A stretch of 64,000 bases of DNA from Acidimicrobiia bacterium (GCA_041605955.1 JBFIXI010000006.1:26853-90852), one strand, 5' to 3'; counted from the first letter of the stretch, positions 20,030-30,986 are shown. The notes: a model not told the origin generated them from the sequence alone. Numbers and translations are program-made.

Positions 20030-21701
20030 GCCGCGCCGGCAGCTGTTGTGGTGCGGCGATGTAGCGCGGCAGCGAGAGCTCGAATATCGCTTCCTCGCCA
20101 TCGTGGGCGTAGATGAGGTCACCCCCCATATCCCGCGCCAGCTGCCGGGACACGGTGAGCCCGAGACCAACGGAAGCGGTCAGGCCGGGTACCTGGCGGG
20201 CCCGGTAGTACCGATCGAAGATGGCATCCCGTTCCCGGAACGGCAACGGCGCGCCGGAATCGCGCACCTCGAGGGCAGCCGAGTTGGGGGTGGCTGCGAT
20301 GCAGATGCGGACCTCCGATCCGCCGTAGCGGTCGGCATTCACCACCAGGTTGCGAACGATCTGACGCGTTCGCATCGGATCTGCCATGACCCACACCGGT
20401 TCTGCGGGCAGGTAGAGCGACACCGCATTCTGGTTGGGTAGCGCGCGATGCACATCCGTGGCGATCTGCCCCAAGTCCACTCGCTCCGGTGAGAGGCGGA
20501 GATTGCCGGTCTCGACTTGAGAAGCAACCAGCAGATCCTCGACGATGGTGGATACTTCGCGCCCTTCGCTGGCGATCAAAGAGACCAGCTCGCGGAGCTC
20601 GCTCTGATCGAAGTCGTCGATCGAGGCGCTGAGCTCCGCGGCGAGGCCGACGACCGTCGTCAACGGCGTTCGCAGCTCGTGGCTCACAGTGGCCACCAGC
20701 TCGTCCTTCGAGCGGAGCAGGCCCTCGAGCGCCCTTCGCGTCTCGCGGCTCTCGGTGACGTCGACGGCAGCCACCGAGACGTGCCGGTAGTTCGGCTTGC
20801 CTTCGATTCGGGGGGCAGCCCACCACAGGGCGAGATGTCTCTGATGGCCCTGACGCGTCTTAGCCCGTGGCATCTCGGTGACGATATGGTCGTCGCCGCG
20901 CCACACTGCAAGCAGTTGCTCGGTGAGGGCGTCCACGGAGTCGACATCCCGATTGTGGACTTGTCCCAGCACCGCCTCCACCGACTTGGCTTCGACCAGC
21001 CGCACGGCGGCATCGTTGGCAGCAGTGATCTCGATGAGCCCCGCGATCCGCAATGCTGCTTCCGGTTGAGCGCGTAGGTATTCGGCGAGGTCGGTGACGC
21101 CGGTGGCTCGCAGCCCGTCGAGGAAGCGCTCGACGCCGGTGAAGTCTTCTTCGAAGAGGGCGACCGGCGAGTGGTAGAAGAGGCTTCCGAAGCGCTCGGT
21201 TTCCCGTTCCGAGTGCGCCAGTATCTGATGGACCAGGTAGGTCGTATAGGCGAACACGATCGCGCTGGTGGTCGCGCTGATGGCGCCGCTCATCGGGTCC
21301 GGGTTGCCCCAGACGACGACGGCGACCATGCCGGCGGCGTACAGCGCGATGTAGGCAATGAGATGCTGTCGTATGTAGAGGCTGAGCGCGATGCCCACGG
21401 CCGCCAGCGAGATGACGATCGGGGCTGCCGACCTGGTATCGAACATGGTCAATCCGGCGGCCGCCAGGGTGGCCACGGTGACGATGAGGATGGCTCTCAC
21501 GTCGGGCCGACGAGTCAACAGCTGCGCCATGGAGAAGACGGCGATCACGACCGCCGGCCAGGCGGTGTAGGCCAGGACCATGTCGTCGGTGATGAGACCC
21601 AAGACGACGACCGCAATCCATGCCACGTTGGCCACCGTGGCAATCAATCGCGTCATGGGCTCGCCGAGCTGTTCGAGCAGTGCCTGCTGGCGGGGCTGCA
21701 T
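20013..21701 (-). CDS. membrane-anchored sensor histidine kinase (multi-TM N-term, PAS-like, HisKA, HATPase)
   Basis: H-box SHELRTPL and N/G boxes. Paralogous to the kinase at 44677-46308. Confidence 0.8.
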   Translation of the reverse strand: MQPRQQALLEQLGEPMTRLIATVANVAWIAVVVLGLITDDMVLAYTAWPAVVIAVFSMAQLLTRRPDVRAILIVTVATLAAAGLTMFDTRSAAPIVISLAAVGIALSLYIRQHLIAYIALYAAGMVAVVVWGNPDPMSGAISATTSAIVFAYTTYLVHQILAHSERETERFGSLFYHSPVALFEEDFTGVERFLDGLRATGVTDLAEYLRAQPEAALRIAGLIEITAANDAAVRLVEAKSVEAVLGQVHNRDVDSVDALTEQLLAVWRGDDHIVTEMPRAKTRQGHQRHLALWWAAPRIEGKPNYRHVSVAAVDVTESRETRRALEGLLRSKDELVATVSHELRTPLTTVVGLAAELSASIDDFDQSELRELVSLIASEGREVSTIVEDLLVASQVETGNLRLSPERVDLGQIATDVHRALPNQNAVSLYLPAEPVWVMADPMRTRQIVRNLVVNADRYGGSEVRICIAATPNSAALEVRDSGAPLPFRERDAIFDRYYRARQVPGLTASVGLGLTVSRQLARDMGGDLIYAHDGEEAIFELSLPRYIAAPQQLPARREAAG

Positions 21702-21790
21702 GGGGCACTTATCGGCATCGGCGCCGATTTCCCATAGCGCCTTTCGCCCTCAGGCCATCGTCGCAACGGGCTGACGCCCTGCCGGTTGGG

Positions 21791-24136
21791 TTACCGGGTG
21801 AGGGCTACGTCGAGGACGGCGCCGATGTCGTCGAGGACATGGAATGTCATCTCGTCCCGTACCTCCTCGGGCACATCGTCGAGGTCTTGCTCGTTGCGCT
21901 TGGGCACTATGACCTCGGTCAGCCCGGCGCGATGCGCGGCCAACACCTTCTGCTTGATCCCACCGATGGGCAGAACCCGCCCTTGCAAGGTGACTTCGCC
22001 CGTCATGCCGACTGTGTCGCGCACCTTGCGGCCCGTCAGCAGCGACACGAGCGCAGTTGTCATCGTGATGCCGGCCGATGGGCCGTCCTTGGGGATGGCT
22101 CCCGCCGGGACATGTACGTGGAACCGCCGCTTGGTGGCGTCTGCCGGCAAGCCCAGCCGAGCGGCATTGGACTCGACGTAGGACAGTGCGATTCTGGCGG
22201 ACTCCCGCATGACATCGCCGAGCTGGCCCGTCAGCACCAAATCGGCGTCGCCGTCCATTGCGGTGGCCTCGACGAACAACACATCCCCGCCCGTGCCGGT
22301 GACGGCCAGCCCGGTGGCAACGCCCGGCAGCGCGGTCCGATCCTTGGCCTCGTCGCGGTGAACCGTTGGCTTGCCGAGCAGGTCCCGCAGGTCTTCTTCA
22401 TTGACCGTGATCGGAGTCGCCACGGTGTCTAGCGCGATCCGAGTGGCGGCTTTGCGCACCAGCTTGCCCAGCGTGCGCTCCAGGGTGCGCACCCCGGCCT
22501 CCTGGGTGTAGCTGTCGACGATGGCGGCCAGCGCCTCGTCGCTCACGACGAGCTCGTCGGACTCCAGCGCACCCCTCTCCATCTGCCTGGGCAGCAGATG
22601 GTTGCGGGCGATGGTCACCTTCTCGTGATCGGTGTAACCGTCCAGGCGGATCACCTCGGTTCGGTCGAGGAGCGGGGCCGGAATCGTCTCGACGATGTTG
22701 GCGGTCGCCAGGAACAGCACATTCGACAGATCGAGATCCAACTCGAGGTAGTTGTCTCGGAAAGTGTGGTTCTGCGCCGGGTCGAGGACTTCGAGCAGCG
22801 CGGAGGAGGGATCGCCCCGCCAATCAGCGCCGACCTTGTCCATCTCGTCGAGCAAGAAGACCGGGTTCATCGTCTTGGCCTCGGTGAGGGCGCGTACGAT
22901 CCGGCCCGGTCGGGCCCCGACATACGTGCGCCGGTGGCCCCGGATCTCGGCTTCGTCGCGGATCCCGCCGAGTGCGACCCGGACGAACTCCCGTCCCAGC
23001 GCGCGCGCTACCGACTCGCCCAACGATGTCTTGCCGACTCCAGGGGGACCGACGAGCAGGATGATGGTGCCCGCGTCGCCCCGCACTGACTTGGAATCGT
23101 CGGTCGGCTCGCGGTCACGCGCGGCGCGCAACTTGCGGACCGCCAGATGCTCCACGATGCGCTCCTTGACGTCATCGAGACCGGTGTGGTCGGTGTCGAG
23201 CACCTGGCGGGCCTGTTCTAGATCGAGGTTGTCGTCCGAAGTGACCTCCCACGGCACGTCGAAGACCGTGTCCAGCCAGGTTCTGGTCCACGAGTGCTCC
23301 GGGCTCTGCTCGCTCATCCGCTCCAGGCGGTCGATCTCCTTGCCGATGGCGGTGGCCACCTTTTCGGGCAGGGCTCGCTCCTCGAGCTGGCGGCGATATT
23401 CGCTGATGGCGTCCGCGTCGTCCTCGCCCAGCTCCGAACGGATCGACTCCAGCTGCTGGCGGAGCAGGAACTCGCGCTGCGATTTGTCGATGCGCTCGCT
23501 GGCGTCTTCGCGCACCTTGCGGCGCAGCTGCATGTCGGCCAGGATCTCCCGCATCCAGCCAAGGACCAGATCGAGACGTTCGACCACGTCCGTGGTCTCG
23601 AGCACCTCGATCTTCTGGCGCACAGAGAGATCCGGGGAGTAGACGGCGAGGTCGGACAGCTGGCCAGGGTCGTCGATGTCGAGGATGCGTGACGCGGCCC
23701 CGCCGATGCCGCGCTGCTCCATTATCTCGGTGACAATCGCGCGGTACTCGGTGACCATGTCGTCGACGACCGGCGGGAAATCGGCGGGCTCCTCGACAGG
23801 GAATGCCTCTACCCAGAGAACCTCGCTGGGCACCTCGCTGGGCCACTCGCTGGGCCCGGGCCGGCCGGCGCCTACCCGGGCGCGCGCCACGCCGGCGATC
23901 AGTGCAGTAGTGGTGCGTTCCCCGCTCACCTCCTGGATGTCGGCGATCGTGCCCACGGAGGCGAAGCCCGCGTCGGTGCGCGGGATCAACAGGAGGCGCC
24001 CCCCGGTCGTTTCGGCAGCGGCTACGGCCCTTCTGGCCTCGTCGGACTCGATGCCGACGGTGACCACCATGTGGGGGAAGACCACGCCGTTGCGCAGGGG
24101 CAATACGGGCAGCGTCACGGTCGATGTGTCAGCCAT
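21791..24136 (-). CDS. lon: ATP-dependent Lon protease
   Basis: Lon N-terminal domain, Walker A GPPGVGKTS, and protease-domain PKDGPSAGITM with the catalytic Ser. Confidence 0.92.
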   Translation of the reverse strand: MADTSTVTLPVLPLRNGVVFPHMVVTVGIESDEARRAVAAAETTGGRLLLIPRTDAGFASVGTIADIQEVSGERTTTALIAGVARARVGAGRPGPSEWPSEVPSEVLWVEAFPVEEPADFPPVVDDMVTEYRAIVTEIMEQRGIGGAASRILDIDDPGQLSDLAVYSPDLSVRQKIEVLETTDVVERLDLVLGWMREILADMQLRRKVREDASERIDKSQREFLLRQQLESIRSELGEDDADAISEYRRQLEERALPEKVATAIGKEIDRLERMSEQSPEHSWTRTWLDTVFDVPWEVTSDDNLDLEQARQVLDTDHTGLDDVKERIVEHLAVRKLRAARDREPTDDSKSVRGDAGTIILLVGPPGVGKTSLGESVARALGREFVRVALGGIRDEAEIRGHRRTYVGARPGRIVRALTEAKTMNPVFLLDEMDKVGADWRGDPSSALLEVLDPAQNHTFRDNYLELDLDLSNVLFLATANIVETIPAPLLDRTEVIRLDGYTDHEKVTIARNHLLPRQMERGALESDELVVSDEALAAIVDSYTQEAGVRTLERTLGKLVRKAATRIALDTVATPITVNEEDLRDLLGKPTVHRDEAKDRTALPGVATGLAVTGTGGDVLFVEATAMDGDADLVLTGQLGDVMRESARIALSYVESNAARLGLPADATKRRFHVHVPAGAIPKDGPSAGITMTTALVSLLTGRKVRDTVGMTGEVTLQGRVLPIGGIKQKVLAAHRAGLTEVIVPKRNEQDLDDVPEEVRDEMTFHVLDDIGAVLDVALTR

Positions 24137-24285
24137 TCAATCCTCTCGAGCTCAGGAGGGGTATAGCAGCCGACGGTGGAGAAATATTCCCGAACTTCGC
24201 ATCAAAAGGCCCAGAGAATCTGAGTTTATAAGACTCAGGTTAGGTCCAGTTATCCGTGTATTTCGGGGTTGGTAGCCTGGCCCCG

Positions 24286-25071
24286 ATGCCAAGCGATCCG
24301 GCTCTCGCTCGCCAGGAGATGGACGGCCTGCTGCGCGGCGGCCGTCTGACGTCATACGATCCGAGCTGGTTCGATTACTGCGGCCAGACGCTGACGCCCC
24401 ACCACATCGAATCGGTCTTGGCGCCGTTCCTGTCGCCGGAGCGGGTGGCGAGGATCGACGCAGCGCTGGACAACCGAACCTACAACTTGAGTGTGGTCGT
24501 GGACGGGATGGTCGACACGGGCAACGTCGCCGCCGTGATGCGGTCCGCCGACGCCTTCGGCGTCCAGGCCTTTCACGCCATCGATCGGGCCGGGAGCTAC
24601 AAGCATTCCAGACGCACGTCCCAGGGCGTGCGTAAGTGGGTCGACCGCTGGGTGTGGCGTGACCCTGAGGACGCCATCGCCGCGTTGCGTGCCCGCAACT
24701 ACCGTATCGTCGTGGCCGATAGTGAGGGCGGCACCCCGTTGGAGGCCGTCGACTTCAGTCGTCGCACCGCCCTCGTGTTCGGGAACGAGCTGGAAGGAGT
24801 GAGCGCCAGCTTGCGGGCCGCAGCCGCCGAGATCACGGCCATCGAGATGTCCGGGTTTGCTCGGTCGTTGAACATCTCCGTGGCGGCCGCAGTATGTCTC
24901 CACCAGGCACGGCGCGATCGAGTTGCGCGGCTGGGGCGTCATGGCGACCTGAGCGACGGCGATCGGGAGCGGCTGCGTGCGGTGTTTGCGATCAAATCGG
25001 TGCGGCATGCCCGCCAGATCATCGAGCGGGCAGTGGCCGAGTCGAGCAGCGCTTCCGGGCTCACGGGTTGA
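24286..25071 (+). CDS. SpoU/TrmH family RNA 2'-O-methyltransferase
   Basis: SPOUT fold motifs (LVFGNELEGVS, SLNISVAAAV). Confidence 0.7.
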   Translation: MPSDPALARQEMDGLLRGGRLTSYDPSWFDYCGQTLTPHHIESVLAPFLSPERVARIDAALDNRTYNLSVVVDGMVDTGNVAAVMRSADAFGVQAFHAIDRAGSYKHSRRTSQGVRKWVDRWVWRDPEDAIAALRARNYRIVVADSEGGTPLEAVDFSRRTALVFGNELEGVSASLRAAAAEITAIEMSGFARSLNISVAAAVCLHQARRDRVARLGRHGDLSDGDRERLRAVFAIKSVRHARQIIERAVAESSSASGLTG

Positions 25072-26089
25072 GCGGGGTCACCTGATTCAGCGGTTTATCG
25101 GCGCCCTCGGACAGCGTGACGTATGTCAGCTCGCCGGGGACGAAGGTGAGCGCCTCACCTTGGATCTCGTCCGGGCTCGGCCCCAGACACGGCTCGGTAG
25201 CCAACGTCTGTTCGTAAGCGAGGTCGGTGCGCGCCCACATCCACACGTGGGAGTAGCCACGTAGCGCCAGCACCGTGCCGTCGCTCGTCACATCGGCGGC
25301 TGTCACTGCTCCGTCGCCCGCCAGGCGGAGCCGAGCGACCTCCGTCATCGGCGTCGGTCGTGAGCTTTGCAGCGCGTCCACTGGAGCCCGAAAGACCACT
25401 GCGGGCTCGCCGGCCGGCGGCTTGGTCACCACGAAGACGTCGCCGGTGATCGGATCCACCCAGAACGCTTCGGAGTCCACGGCGGAATCCGGATAGGTGA
25501 GGCGAATCGTGGCGATGTCTGAGATCATCGCCGGTGGGTCGACCAAGTCGGGCTCGGGGAAGCGAAGCAAGCTGATGGTGCGCCGCAGCCGGAGGTTGTC
25601 GCCGATGTCTCCGATGTAGACGTAGCTGACTCCCGGCTCGGGGCCGGGGCCAATCGCGATGTCCTCCCAGTCGAAGCCGACCGTCCCCGCCAACTCGAAC
25701 GAGCCCAGCTGGTCGCCGGCCGGGCCCACCGCGTGGAGGACCGCACGGTTGCCGGAGTCATTGACCACCCAGTACGCGGGCCGGCGGCGACTGGCGGCGA
25801 TGCCCGATGCTTCTCGGATCTCGTCGCTGGAGACGATCCCCAGCTCACGAGTAGCGGGGTCGTACAGATCGCAAACGGTTCCCTCGCCGACGGCCGGCCC
25901 GGGCGGGAGCTCCGCTGTCGTGGTCGAGCCGACCGTAGGAGCCGCCGTGGCCGACGCCGCGGGCAAGGGCTGCAATGGTGAGGGGACATCATCGAGGCGA
26001 GCGGCGCCGCCCGACTCGGGCGGCACGCATCCCGCGACGAGCAGGACAGCGGTTCCGGCCACTGCGGCGATCACGAGTCGTCGGCCCAT
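25061..26089 (-). CDS. secreted lipoprotein, unknown function. Paralogous to the N-terminal domain of the RTX-repeat protein at 47178-48800.
   Basis: Signal peptide with lipobox LVAGC. Shared motif blocks (FxxExIAIGPGPxPG..YxYxxDxGDN, VDPxTGxxFxV) with the 47178 ORF. Confidence 0.6.
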   Translation of the reverse strand: MGRRLVIAAVAGTAVLLVAGCVPPESGGAARLDDVPSPLQPLPAASATAAPTVGSTTTAELPPGPAVGEGTVCDLYDPATRELGIVSSDEIREASGIAASRRRPAYWVVNDSGNRAVLHAVGPAGDQLGSFELAGTVGFDWEDIAIGPGPEPGVSYVYIGDIGDNLRLRRTISLLRFPEPDLVDPPAMISDIATIRLTYPDSAVDSEAFWVDPITGDVFVVTKPPAGEPAVVFRAPVDALQSSRPTPMTEVARLRLAGDGAVTAADVTSDGTVLALRGYSHVWMWARTDLAYEQTLATEPCLGPSPDEIQGEALTFVPGELTYVTLSEGADKPLNQVTPLNP

Positions 26090-26127
26090 GGCGCCGATAT
26101 TGCCAGCACCGAGGGGCTAATCGGGGC

Positions 26128-27480
26128 CTACGGGTTCGCCGAGCTGAGAGTCCCCAGCAGCCGCAGGGCAATTGCTTCGGCGATCGTTCCCCGGCGGAGC
26201 TCGTCGAGATCCTGACTCTCATTGGGGCCGTGGGCTGCACTGGTGGGATCGCCAACGCCTGTGAGCAGCATGGCGGCCTCGGGAAACATGTCGGCGAAGG
26301 CGGCAACGAAGGGGATGGAGCCCCCTTGACCGATCTCGAGGGGCTCGCGGCCCCAGGCCACCGAGAACGCCTGTCGGAATGCGTCGTAAGCCGCTCCATT
26401 GGTCGCCAGGTCGACAGCGGCGCCTTCACTGCCTGGGGTGACGCTCACCTGGGCTCCCCACGGAGCATGGGTTTCGAGATGGGTGCGTAGCGCCTCCATG
26501 GCTCGAGTCGGGTCGTCTCCCGGCGCCAATCGCAAGCTCACCTTGGCGCGGGCGGCCGGTACTAGTGCATTGATCGCATGTGCCACCGGCGGTGCGTCGA
26601 TTGCCAGGACGGAGATTGCCGGCTGGCGCCACATTCGTTCGGTGATGGCTCCGGTCCCGATGAGGCGCAGGCCGTCTACGGCGCCCACTTGGCCCAGCAG
26701 CTCCTCGGCAGCCAGGTCGATGGGTGTCGTCCCGCCCGAGACGAGGCCGGTCACAGCAACCGCGCCGCGATCATCGTGCAGGGTTGCCAGCAATCGGCAC
26801 ATTGTCGTCAGCGCGTCGGGAACCGGGCCGCCGAAGCTCCCGCTGTGGACGGCCGCCGCCAGGGTCCGTACCTCGACCACACAGTCGACCAAGCCCCGCA
26901 GACTCACGGTGAGAGCCGGTTCGCCGACTCGCCAGTTGGCCGAATCGGCGATGACGATGGCATCAGCTGTGAGCTGTTCTTGGTAGGCGCTCAGGAAGTC
27001 GCCGAGATGGCGGGAGCCGATCTCCTCCTCGCCCTCGATGAAGACCTTGACCCCGACGGGTGGTCTGCCGCCGTGCGCCCGGATGGCGCCGAGGTGGAGC
27101 GCGATCCCGGCTTTGTCGTCGGATGTGCCCCGGCCGTAGAGCCGCCCGTGGCGCTCGGTGGGCTCGAACGGAGGTGACTCCCACAGCTCCTCGGGGCCTG
27201 GGGGCTGCACGTCGTGGTGGGCGTAGAGCAGGATGGTGGGCGCTCCCGGTGGGGCCGGGATCTCACCGAATACGGCAGGATGGGCACCGTCGAGCTCCAG
27301 CAACTGAACATCGGCGAGACCCTCGTCTTCGAGCAGCTCTCGAACCGCTTCGGCGGACCGGCGCACCTGGTGACTGTCGAAACCGGGGGCACTGATGGAC
27401 GGAATGCGCACCAATGACTCGAGGTCGGCCCGAATACGATCGAAGCCCTCATCGACGGCGGAGGTCAGGTCGTGATGCAT
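26128..27480 (-). CDS. M20 family metallopeptidase (dipeptidase/ArgE/DapE-like)
   Basis: Conserved [18 protein letters not shown] and EGEEE motifs. Confidence 0.8.
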   Translation of the reverse strand: MHHDLTSAVDEGFDRIRADLESLVRIPSISAPGFDSHQVRRSAEAVRELLEDEGLADVQLLELDGAHPAVFGEIPAPPGAPTILLYAHHDVQPPGPEELWESPPFEPTERHGRLYGRGTSDDKAGIALHLGAIRAHGGRPPVGVKVFIEGEEEIGSRHLGDFLSAYQEQLTADAIVIADSANWRVGEPALTVSLRGLVDCVVEVRTLAAAVHSGSFGGPVPDALTTMCRLLATLHDDRGAVAVTGLVSGGTTPIDLAAEELLGQVGAVDGLRLIGTGAITERMWRQPAISVLAIDAPPVAHAINALVPAARAKVSLRLAPGDDPTRAMEALRTHLETHAPWGAQVSVTPGSEGAAVDLATNGAAYDAFRQAFSVAWGREPLEIGQGGSIPFVAAFADMFPEAAMLLTGVGDPTSAAHGPNESQDLDELRRGTIAEAIALRLLGTLSSANP

Positions 27481-27547
27481 ACGGCGAGGCTAGCTGTGGG
27501 GAGGCATGGTGGGGTGCCCGTGAGCACGGCCCAATTAAGGTGTTTTC

Positions 27548-28366
27548 ATGGTCGATCTCGACCTGGGACGTTGGATCATCATTGGGGTTGGTGTCAGCCT
27601 TCTGCTCCTCGGCCTGCGTACTTGGTTACCTAAGGCGGCCGGGCGGCGGGTCGCCGAACGCGGCTCGATAGTCGGGCCGGCGCTCAAGCCGACCTATGAG
27701 CAACAAGCCATGCGCCGCACGGGCGCCGATATGCAGCATGTGGCGAATCGTCAACTGCACGACGACATGGTGGCCGATGCGGTGAAGCTGAAGCTACGCG
27801 CTCGCACAGGTGACCGTGCCGAGCGTCTCGACACGCTGGACCGGGCGATCAGCAAAGTGGAAGATGCGCTCACCGCCCGTCCCCAGAGCTACGAGGGCAC
27901 CAAGCTGCTCGGTGAGCTCCACCTCGACCGGGCGTTTCTCAACGAGAGCCTCGAAGCCGTTGCCGAATTGGAACAGGCCGCCCAGCTGTTTCAACAGGCC
28001 TCGTCCTACCGGCTCGGCGTGATCGACAACTACATCGGCCGGGCGTGGTGCTACCTGCAGATGACCCGGGTCGATCCGGACTACGCCGCCACCTACGCAG
28101 AGAAGGCGGCCGCGGCCTTCTCTGCCGGTTTCGAACGAGCCAAACAGAATGTATGGGTGCTGCGGGGCTGGGGCCTGGCAATCGATCGGTATGCACGGTC
28201 TGGCCAGGCCGAAGCCGCCCGACTCGCCGACCTCGAGTCCCAATATCGGCGCGCGCTGGCGGAGCACCGCGGCGGCCAGCACGATTTGTTCGACTGGTAC
28301 AGCCAGGCGCGGCGCGCCGCAGATCCTCTGTGGATCGAGGTACCGCCGTTGCGCGACGTCTACTGA
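27548..28366 (+). CDS. hypothetical membrane-anchored protein
   Basis: Single N-terminal TM helix followed by an alpha-helical, TPR-like soluble part. Confidence 0.45.
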   Translation: MVDLDLGRWIIIGVGVSLLLLGLRTWLPKAAGRRVAERGSIVGPALKPTYEQQAMRRTGADMQHVANRQLHDDMVADAVKLKLRARTGDRAERLDTLDRAISKVEDALTARPQSYEGTKLLGELHLDRAFLNESLEAVAELEQAAQLFQQASSYRLGVIDNYIGRAWCYLQMTRVDPDYAATYAEKAAAAFSAGFERAKQNVWVLRGWGLAIDRYARSGQAEAARLADLESQYRRALAEHRGGQHDLFDWYSQARRAADPLWIEVPPLRDVY

Positions 28367-28529
28367 GATCCGGTGTCGCTTGGTCCGCTGAGAGCCGATG
28401 CCTCGTTCGATCCGCCGGCGAAGCCGAAGCCCGAATTGAGTTAGTCAGGTCAGAGCTGCCCGGCGAAATCCGCCTGTCTTCGGGTATTCTGTTTTAGCTT
28501 GCTGCCGGGCGGTGAGAGGAGTGCAGCAA

Positions 28530-28805
28530 ATGGGGGTAAATAACCGCTCTTTCCGTCGCCGGCGGGCGCGCCGCGCGGGGCCCGATCTCTCGGAACGCAT
28601 CGAGACCATCACTACGCCCCTCGACCGTCCTCCGTCTGCGCCCGAGTTCGGCTCGGGAGTGCTACCACCCGGCAAGTCGCGCTACCAGCGAATGTCGGCC
28701 CACCTCCCATCTGGGGTGGCACCCTTCCATGGCATAGGGGTTCTGCCGGCGGACGTCGCCGTCGACCTCCGCAGCGACGACCCTTCGATCGATCTCACCG
28801 GCTGA
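28530..28805 (+). CDS. small hypothetical protein
   Basis: Strong GAGAGGAG RBS 8 nt upstream of the ATG. Arg-rich N-terminus. Confidence 0.3.
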   Translation: MGVNNRSFRRRRARRAGPDLSERIETITTPLDRPPSAPEFGSGVLPPGKSRYQRMSAHLPSGVAPFHGIGVLPADVAVDLRSDDPSIDLTG

Positions 28806-29133
28806 AGGGGCTGAAGCCGGCGGCCGCGTTGTCGCGTATGCCGATCGGGAGAGCCCGCCCCGTTTGTCGCCCATGAACCACTTCAGGCGGTCGCGACAAG
28901 CGGCATGGCAATCGGCAGACCGGCTCCCCCAACCTGTCGGGTAGTGACTCGACTGGGGGCGAGTTTCCTATTCCGGCGCCGGGAAACGAGCGGGGGGCCG
29001 CACTGTTCCTCACTGCGCTGGCCATGTTCATCCTCATTGGGTTCTTGGCACTGGCGCTCGACATTTCCGTGGCCATGATGGACAGGCGCGATGCCCAGAA
29101 TGCCCCCGACCATGCGGGGGGAGAATCCGCGCT

Positions 29134-30846
29134 TCAATCCTCGCGGTCGCTGAGCTCGACGTACTCGCCCTTGGGCACGGCGACGCGTGCGATCCGACGT
29201 GTGTAGTAGTAGATGCGGCGGAGGTTGGCGATGACGTCGGTCTCGAGCCGATACGTGGCTACTCGCTCCGGCGCCTCCGTCGAGAGTCGTCCCGCTTGCC
29301 TGGCCGCTGCGCTCCGTTCCAAGCTGTTGATCTGCTTCTTCATCTTGATGGCACGACGCGCCGAATCCGGATCCTTGTCCGTCAGGGCTGCGATGGACAG
29401 TTGGAGCGCCTCCAGCACGGCGCTGTGCACCTCGGAGAGGACCTCGATCGCTTCGTCGGTGACTGCGAGGTTCTGCTCGACCCGCCCGAGGCCCAGCCCA
29501 ACCAGGTTGGTTTCGATGACGTCGCCGATCGCTTCGAGGTTGTTGGTTGTGGCGATCATGCTGAAGAGCTCATCGGCGGCGGCGTCGTTGAGGCGATTCA
29601 TGCCGATCTTCCCCAAGAAGTCGATGATCTGGGCATGCAGGCTGTCGACCTCGGCGTCTCCCTGCTCGATCTCGAGCAATGTCCACCGTGTGCCCCTGAC
29701 CAGGGCGGGGAGCACCTCGATCAGCATCGTCTCTACCCGGCTCGCCATGCGCAGTATCTCCAACCGGGCCCGATCCAGAGCCAAGATTGGGGTGCGCAAG
29801 AGGGTCTCGTCGAGATACTTGAGACGGATCAGCTCGTCCTCATCGCCGGGACGGTTCGGGACGATCCGATATACCAGCTTGGCGATCCGCGTGGTAAACG
29901 GCAGGAAGATCACCGCGTTGGCGATGTTGAATATGGCGTGGGCGTTGGCGATCTCACGGGCGGTGCCTCCTCCGATGGACGACACGACGTTGACGAGCAC
30001 GGCCAGCAAGGGCAGCCACAGCACGACACCGCCCACGTTGAACAGCACGTGGGCGGCCGCCGCCCGCATGGCGTCGCGCGGCTTGCCGAGCGCCGCCAGA
30101 ATCGCGGTGATCGCCGTGCCCACGTTCGCGCCCAACACCAGGGCCAGGCCCGTCTCGATGTTGATCAGCCCTTGCTGTGCCAGGACGATCACGATGCCCG
30201 TCGTAGCCGACGACGACTGCACGACAGCGGTGAACGCCGCTCCGACGAGTATGCCGAAGAACGGATTCTCGAGCCGAGCCATTATGTCGAGAAACGCATC
30301 CGAGCCACGGAGTGGCGACATTGCATCGCCCATCACGGTCATCCCGTAAAAGACCAGGCCGAGCCCGAGCACCACGAGGCCCTGGGTGCGACGCTTCTCG
30401 GATCTGGCGAAGAAGCTGATGCCGAAACCCACCGCGACCGCAACGAGAGCCACTGTGGAGACGTTGAAGGCGATGATCTGAGCCGTGACCGTCGTGCCGA
30501 TGTTCGCTCCGATGATGACCCCGATGGACTGCTGGAACGTCATCAGCCCGGAGGTGATGAACCCGACGACCAGCACGGTTGTGACCGACGATGACTGGAT
30601 GAGCGCGGTCAGGCCCGCCCCGGTGAGCAACCCCACCAGCGGCCGGCCGGTGAGTTGTAGCAGCACGGTGCGCATCCGATCGCCGGCGATGAGGCGCAGC
30701 GACTCGGTCATGCGCTCCATGCCGAGCAGGAAGATGGCCAGCCCGCCGAGGAGACCGACGATCAGGAGGAAGGTGTCGATGTCTTCGGCAGCACCAGAGG
30801 TGGTTTCTGCGGCTGCGATGAGTCCTGGGATGTTGAGGATCGGCAC
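29134..30846 (-). CDS. Na/Pi cotransporter family protein with C-terminal PhoU-like domain
   Basis: Duplicated Na/Pi-cotransporter repeats (LLGMERMTESL) and PhoU-like helical repeats. GTG start chosen near the first TM, and it is uncertain. Confidence 0.7.
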   Translation of the reverse strand: MPILNIPGLIAAAETTSGAAEDIDTFLLIVGLLGGLAIFLLGMERMTESLRLIAGDRMRTVLLQLTGRPLVGLLTGAGLTALIQSSSVTTVLVVGFITSGLMTFQQSIGVIIGANIGTTVTAQIIAFNVSTVALVAVAVGFGISFFARSEKRRTQGLVVLGLGLVFYGMTVMGDAMSPLRGSDAFLDIMARLENPFFGILVGAAFTAVVQSSSATTGIVIVLAQQGLINIETGLALVLGANVGTAITAILAALGKPRDAMRAAAAHVLFNVGGVVLWLPLLAVLVNVVSSIGGGTAREIANAHAIFNIANAVIFLPFTTRIAKLVYRIVPNRPGDEDELIRLKYLDETLLRTPILALDRARLEILRMASRVETMLIEVLPALVRGTRWTLLEIEQGDAEVDSLHAQIIDFLGKIGMNRLNDAAADELFSMIATTNNLEAIGDVIETNLVGLGLGRVEQNLAVTDEAIEVLSEVHSAVLEALQLSIAALTDKDPDSARRAIKMKKQINSLERSAAARQAGRLSTEAPERVATYRLETDVIANLRRIYYYTRRIARVAVPKGEYVELSDRED

Positions 30847-30986
30847 GACTGGGCGCTCATTCGTCGGTTGCGGGGACGCATTGTGCCGCGGTGCTGCGCA
30901 GAACGCAGATTCTTCTCGATACCTCAGCCGGATGAGTTCGATCCGAGCTCTGCGCTTGCCGGGCTCCCCCAGCCAAGGGGGGCGGT

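Noticed and set aside
28806-29210. Small ORFs (28883-29137 on the minus strand, 29024-29206 on the plus strand with a hydrophobic stretch) in the gap before the Na/Pi transporter gene, and a possible tRNA
   Set aside because: There is no RBS or conserved motif. The region lacks any T-loop-like GTTCRANYC signature, so no tRNA is supported. It is treated as non-coding.
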